From assembly GCA_965248835.1 (NCBI GenBank), contig CBDFLJ010000001.1, positions 1,184,001 to 1,248,000 on the forward strand: DNA of 64,000 nucleotides, given 5' to 3'. A model generated the notes under the pieces. It was not told the DNA's origin, did no database searches, and saw only the letters and a program-made list of their open reading frames with translations. A program made the position numbers and the translations under genes. The DNA comes from Alphaproteobacteria bacterium. GTDB lineage: Bacteria; Pseudomonadota; Alphaproteobacteria; MPNO01. This document shows, one piece after another, positions 62,059 through 64,000 of this stretch (positions are counted from its first letter, which is position 1; the number at the start of each line of letters is the position of its first letter).

Positions 62059-63215
62059 GGCGCCTTGTCCCGGCGTTGCTGCTGATCCTGGCGGTCGCCT
62101 GCGAACCATCTGTAAAGGACGATGCGGCCGGGCTGCGATTGGCGCCGGTGGGATTCTCCGCGCTTGCCGGCTGGCCGGCTGGCCGCCACGCGGAGGCCCT
62201 GGCGGCGCTCAGGCGGAGCTGTGCGGTGCGCACCCGGGGCGCCGCCGGCGCATCGGATGCGCGCTTCGGCACAGCGGCGGCTTGGCGGGCCGCCTGCGCG
62301 GCGGGCGAGGCCGTCCCTCCGGGCGATCGCGCCGCGGCGCAGACCTATTTCGAGACCTGGTTTCATCCGCACCGGGTTCTCGGGCCGGACGGCGCGCGCG
62401 GCCTGTTCACCGGATATTACGAGCCCGAGCTCGCCGGCTCGCGGTCAAGGAGCGCCGCCTTCGCGGTACCGCTCTATAGCCGGCCGGCCGATCTGGTCAC
62501 CGTGCGGCTGGGCGATTTCTGGCCCCATTCGCCGCATGAGCGCTTCGCCGGGCGGGTCGTCGACGGCCGGCTCAAGCCCTATTTCAGCCGCGCCGAGATC
62601 GATGCCGGCGCCCTGGCCGGGCGCGGCCTGGAGCTATTCTGGACCGACGACCCGATCGCAGCTTTCTTCCTGCATATCCAGGGCTCGGGACTCCTGCGGC
62701 TGCCCGACGGCACGCGGGTCAGGCTCGGATACGCCGGGGCCAACGGCCATCCCTACACCGCCATCGGCCGGGTCCTGGTCCGGCGCGGCGCGCTGGCGCT
62801 GGAAGAGGTCTCCCTCCAGTCGATCCGGACCTGGCTGCGGGCGAACCCGGAACAGGCGCGGGCCGTGATGGCCAGGAACGCCTCCTACGTCTTCTTCCGC
62901 GAGGTCGCCGGCGAGGGGCCGCTGGGGAGCCAGGGCGTCGCGCTTACCCCCGGACGCAGCATCGCGGTCGACCCGCGCCACCTGCCGCTGGGCCTGCCGA
63001 TGTGGATCGATGTCGCTCATCCGCTGGCCGGCCATCCGGCGCTGCGGCGGCTGGTCGTCGCCCAGGACACCGGCGGGGCGATCCGCGGCGTCGTCCGGGC
63101 CGATCTGTTCTGGGGCGCGGGCCGCGACGCCGAGGCGCGCGCCGGGCAGATGCGCAAGAACGGCCGCTACTTCGCGCTGATTCCCCGCCAGCCCGCGGTC
63201 ACGGCGTCCCGGTGA
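62025..63215 (+). CDS. mltA: membrane-bound lytic murein transglycosylase A
   Basis: LAVAC lipobox, FTGYYEP, FFLHIQGSG, N.SYVFF, AQDTGGAI.G..R.D.FWG; start uncertain (TTG 62025 or CTG 62055). Confidence 0.92.
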   Translation: MEADRDSEQQLRRLVPALLLILAVACEPSVKDDAAGLRLAPVGFSALAGWPAGRHAEALAALRRSCAVRTRGAAGASDARFGTAAAWRAACAAGEAVPPGDRAAAQTYFETWFHPHRVLGPDGARGLFTGYYEPELAGSRSRSAAFAVPLYSRPADLVTVRLGDFWPHSPHERFAGRVVDGRLKPYFSRAEIDAGALAGRGLELFWTDDPIAAFFLHIQGSGLLRLPDGTRVRLGYAGANGHPYTAIGRVLVRRGALALEEVSLQSIRTWLRANPEQARAVMARNASYVFFREVAGEGPLGSQGVALTPGRSIAVDPRHLPLGLPMWIDVAHPLAGHPALRRLVVAQDTGGAIRGVVRADLFWGAGRDAEARAGQMRKNGRYFALIPRQPAVTASR

Positions 63216-64000
63216 CCGCGGGCTGGCGCGCGACGCTTCTGGCAGCAGCCGCCCTGGCGTCGCTCGGCACGGAAGCGGCCGGCGCGCCGATCGCCCTGAG
63301 CGCGCGGCAGATCGAGCTCCATACCGAAATCGAGGGCGTGGACCGGCTGGAAGCGCTCACCTGGCGCGGCGGCCTGGAACTCCGCTCCCCGGACCCGCGC
63401 TTCGGCGGGCTTTCGGCGATCGACGTCTCCGCCGATGGTACGTCGGTCCTCGCGCTCACCGACCGCGGGCATTGGGTCCGGGCGCGGCTCGGCTACGACC
63501 GGGCGGGCCGGCTCGCGCGGATCGGGCACGGCGCGATCGGACCCCTGCCGGGCCTTCCCGCGGGCTCGGACCGCCGGCTGAGCGATTCCGAAGCGCTGGC
63601 GCGCTCGCAGCGGGGCATCGTGGTCGCTTTCGAACGCGACCACCGGCTGGTGGATTTCCGTCTCGATGCGATGGGAAACCCGACCAGGGGCCGGCGTCTG
63701 GCGTCTCCCGACGGGCTGTTGAGGCTCGCCGCCAATTCGGGGATCGAGGCGCTGGCAAGGCTGGCGGACGGCCGGTTCCTGGCGATCGCCGAGGGGGGTG
63801 AGACCATGTCGGGCAACACACCTGCATGGCTCGGCAGGGCGCTGGCATGGTCGCCGACGCATTTCGCGGTCGGCGGTCGGTTCCGCCCGACCGGGGCGGC
63901 GCCGGCGCCGGACGGCGGTGTCCTGGTGCTGGAGCGGCACTTCTCCTGGGTCGGCGGCGTCGCCGCGCGGATCAAGAAGATCGCGCCGGAAGACATCCGG
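63212..64000 (+). CDS. esterase-like activity of phytase family protein (partial, runs off the window)
   Basis: Not in the ORF track; my translation from GTG 63212 gives a signal peptide then WRGGLELRSPDPRFGGLS, LTDRGHW, DSEAL, VAFERDH, NSGIEAL. Confidence 0.8.
   Translation, partial: MTAGWRATLLAAAALASLGTEAAGAPIALSARQIELHTEIEGVDRLEALTWRGGLELRSPDPRFGGLSAIDVSADGTSVLALTDRGHWVRARLGYDRAGRLARIGHGAIGPLPGLPAGSDRRLSDSEALARSQRGIVVAFERDHRLVDFRLDAMGNPTRGRRLASPDGLLRLAANSGIEALARLADGRFLAIAEGGETMSGNTPAWLGRALAWSPTHFAVGGRFRPTGAAPAPDGGVLVLERHFSWVGGVAARIKKIAPEDIR

Overview
High-GC alphaproteobacterial (Rhodospirillales-like) chromosome segment spanning the likely replication origin. The core backbone is yggS, DUF3576-leuS-lptE-holA, parB-parA-rsmG-mnmG-mnmE with two parS palindromes, rho-hemJ-hemH-hemE, an AT-rich oriC candidate (DnaA boxes and DnaA-trio-like repeats), maf-aroE-coaE-dnaQ, secB, fxsA, tim44 and mltA. 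A selenocysteine tRNA (selC) lies at 331-426. Accessory content: (i) a 7-13.4 kb oxidative/catabolic patch with a TorF-like porin, a 2OG-Fe(II) oxygenase, two Rieske oxygenases, an Ldh_2 reductase, a SnoaL-like protein and an internally deleted gene remnant; (ii) an approximately 19 kb, 16-gene cluster (13.4-32.3 kb) combining a membrane adenylate cyclase, a stand-alone cNMP-binding protein and an MBL-fold putative phosphodiesterase with four glycosyltransferases, a histidine phosphatase, two methyltransferases, a family-5 ABC importer and an ABC exporter with a degenerate, internally repeated ATPase domain; this is the best candidate for an uncharacterised system; (iii) a decayed Rieske O-demethylase next to an atypical aryl-sulfate sulfotransferase. 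I saw no mobile elements, rRNA or CRISPR arrays. Calls come from reading motifs by eye, no database searches were run, and many start codons were reassigned from the ORF track.
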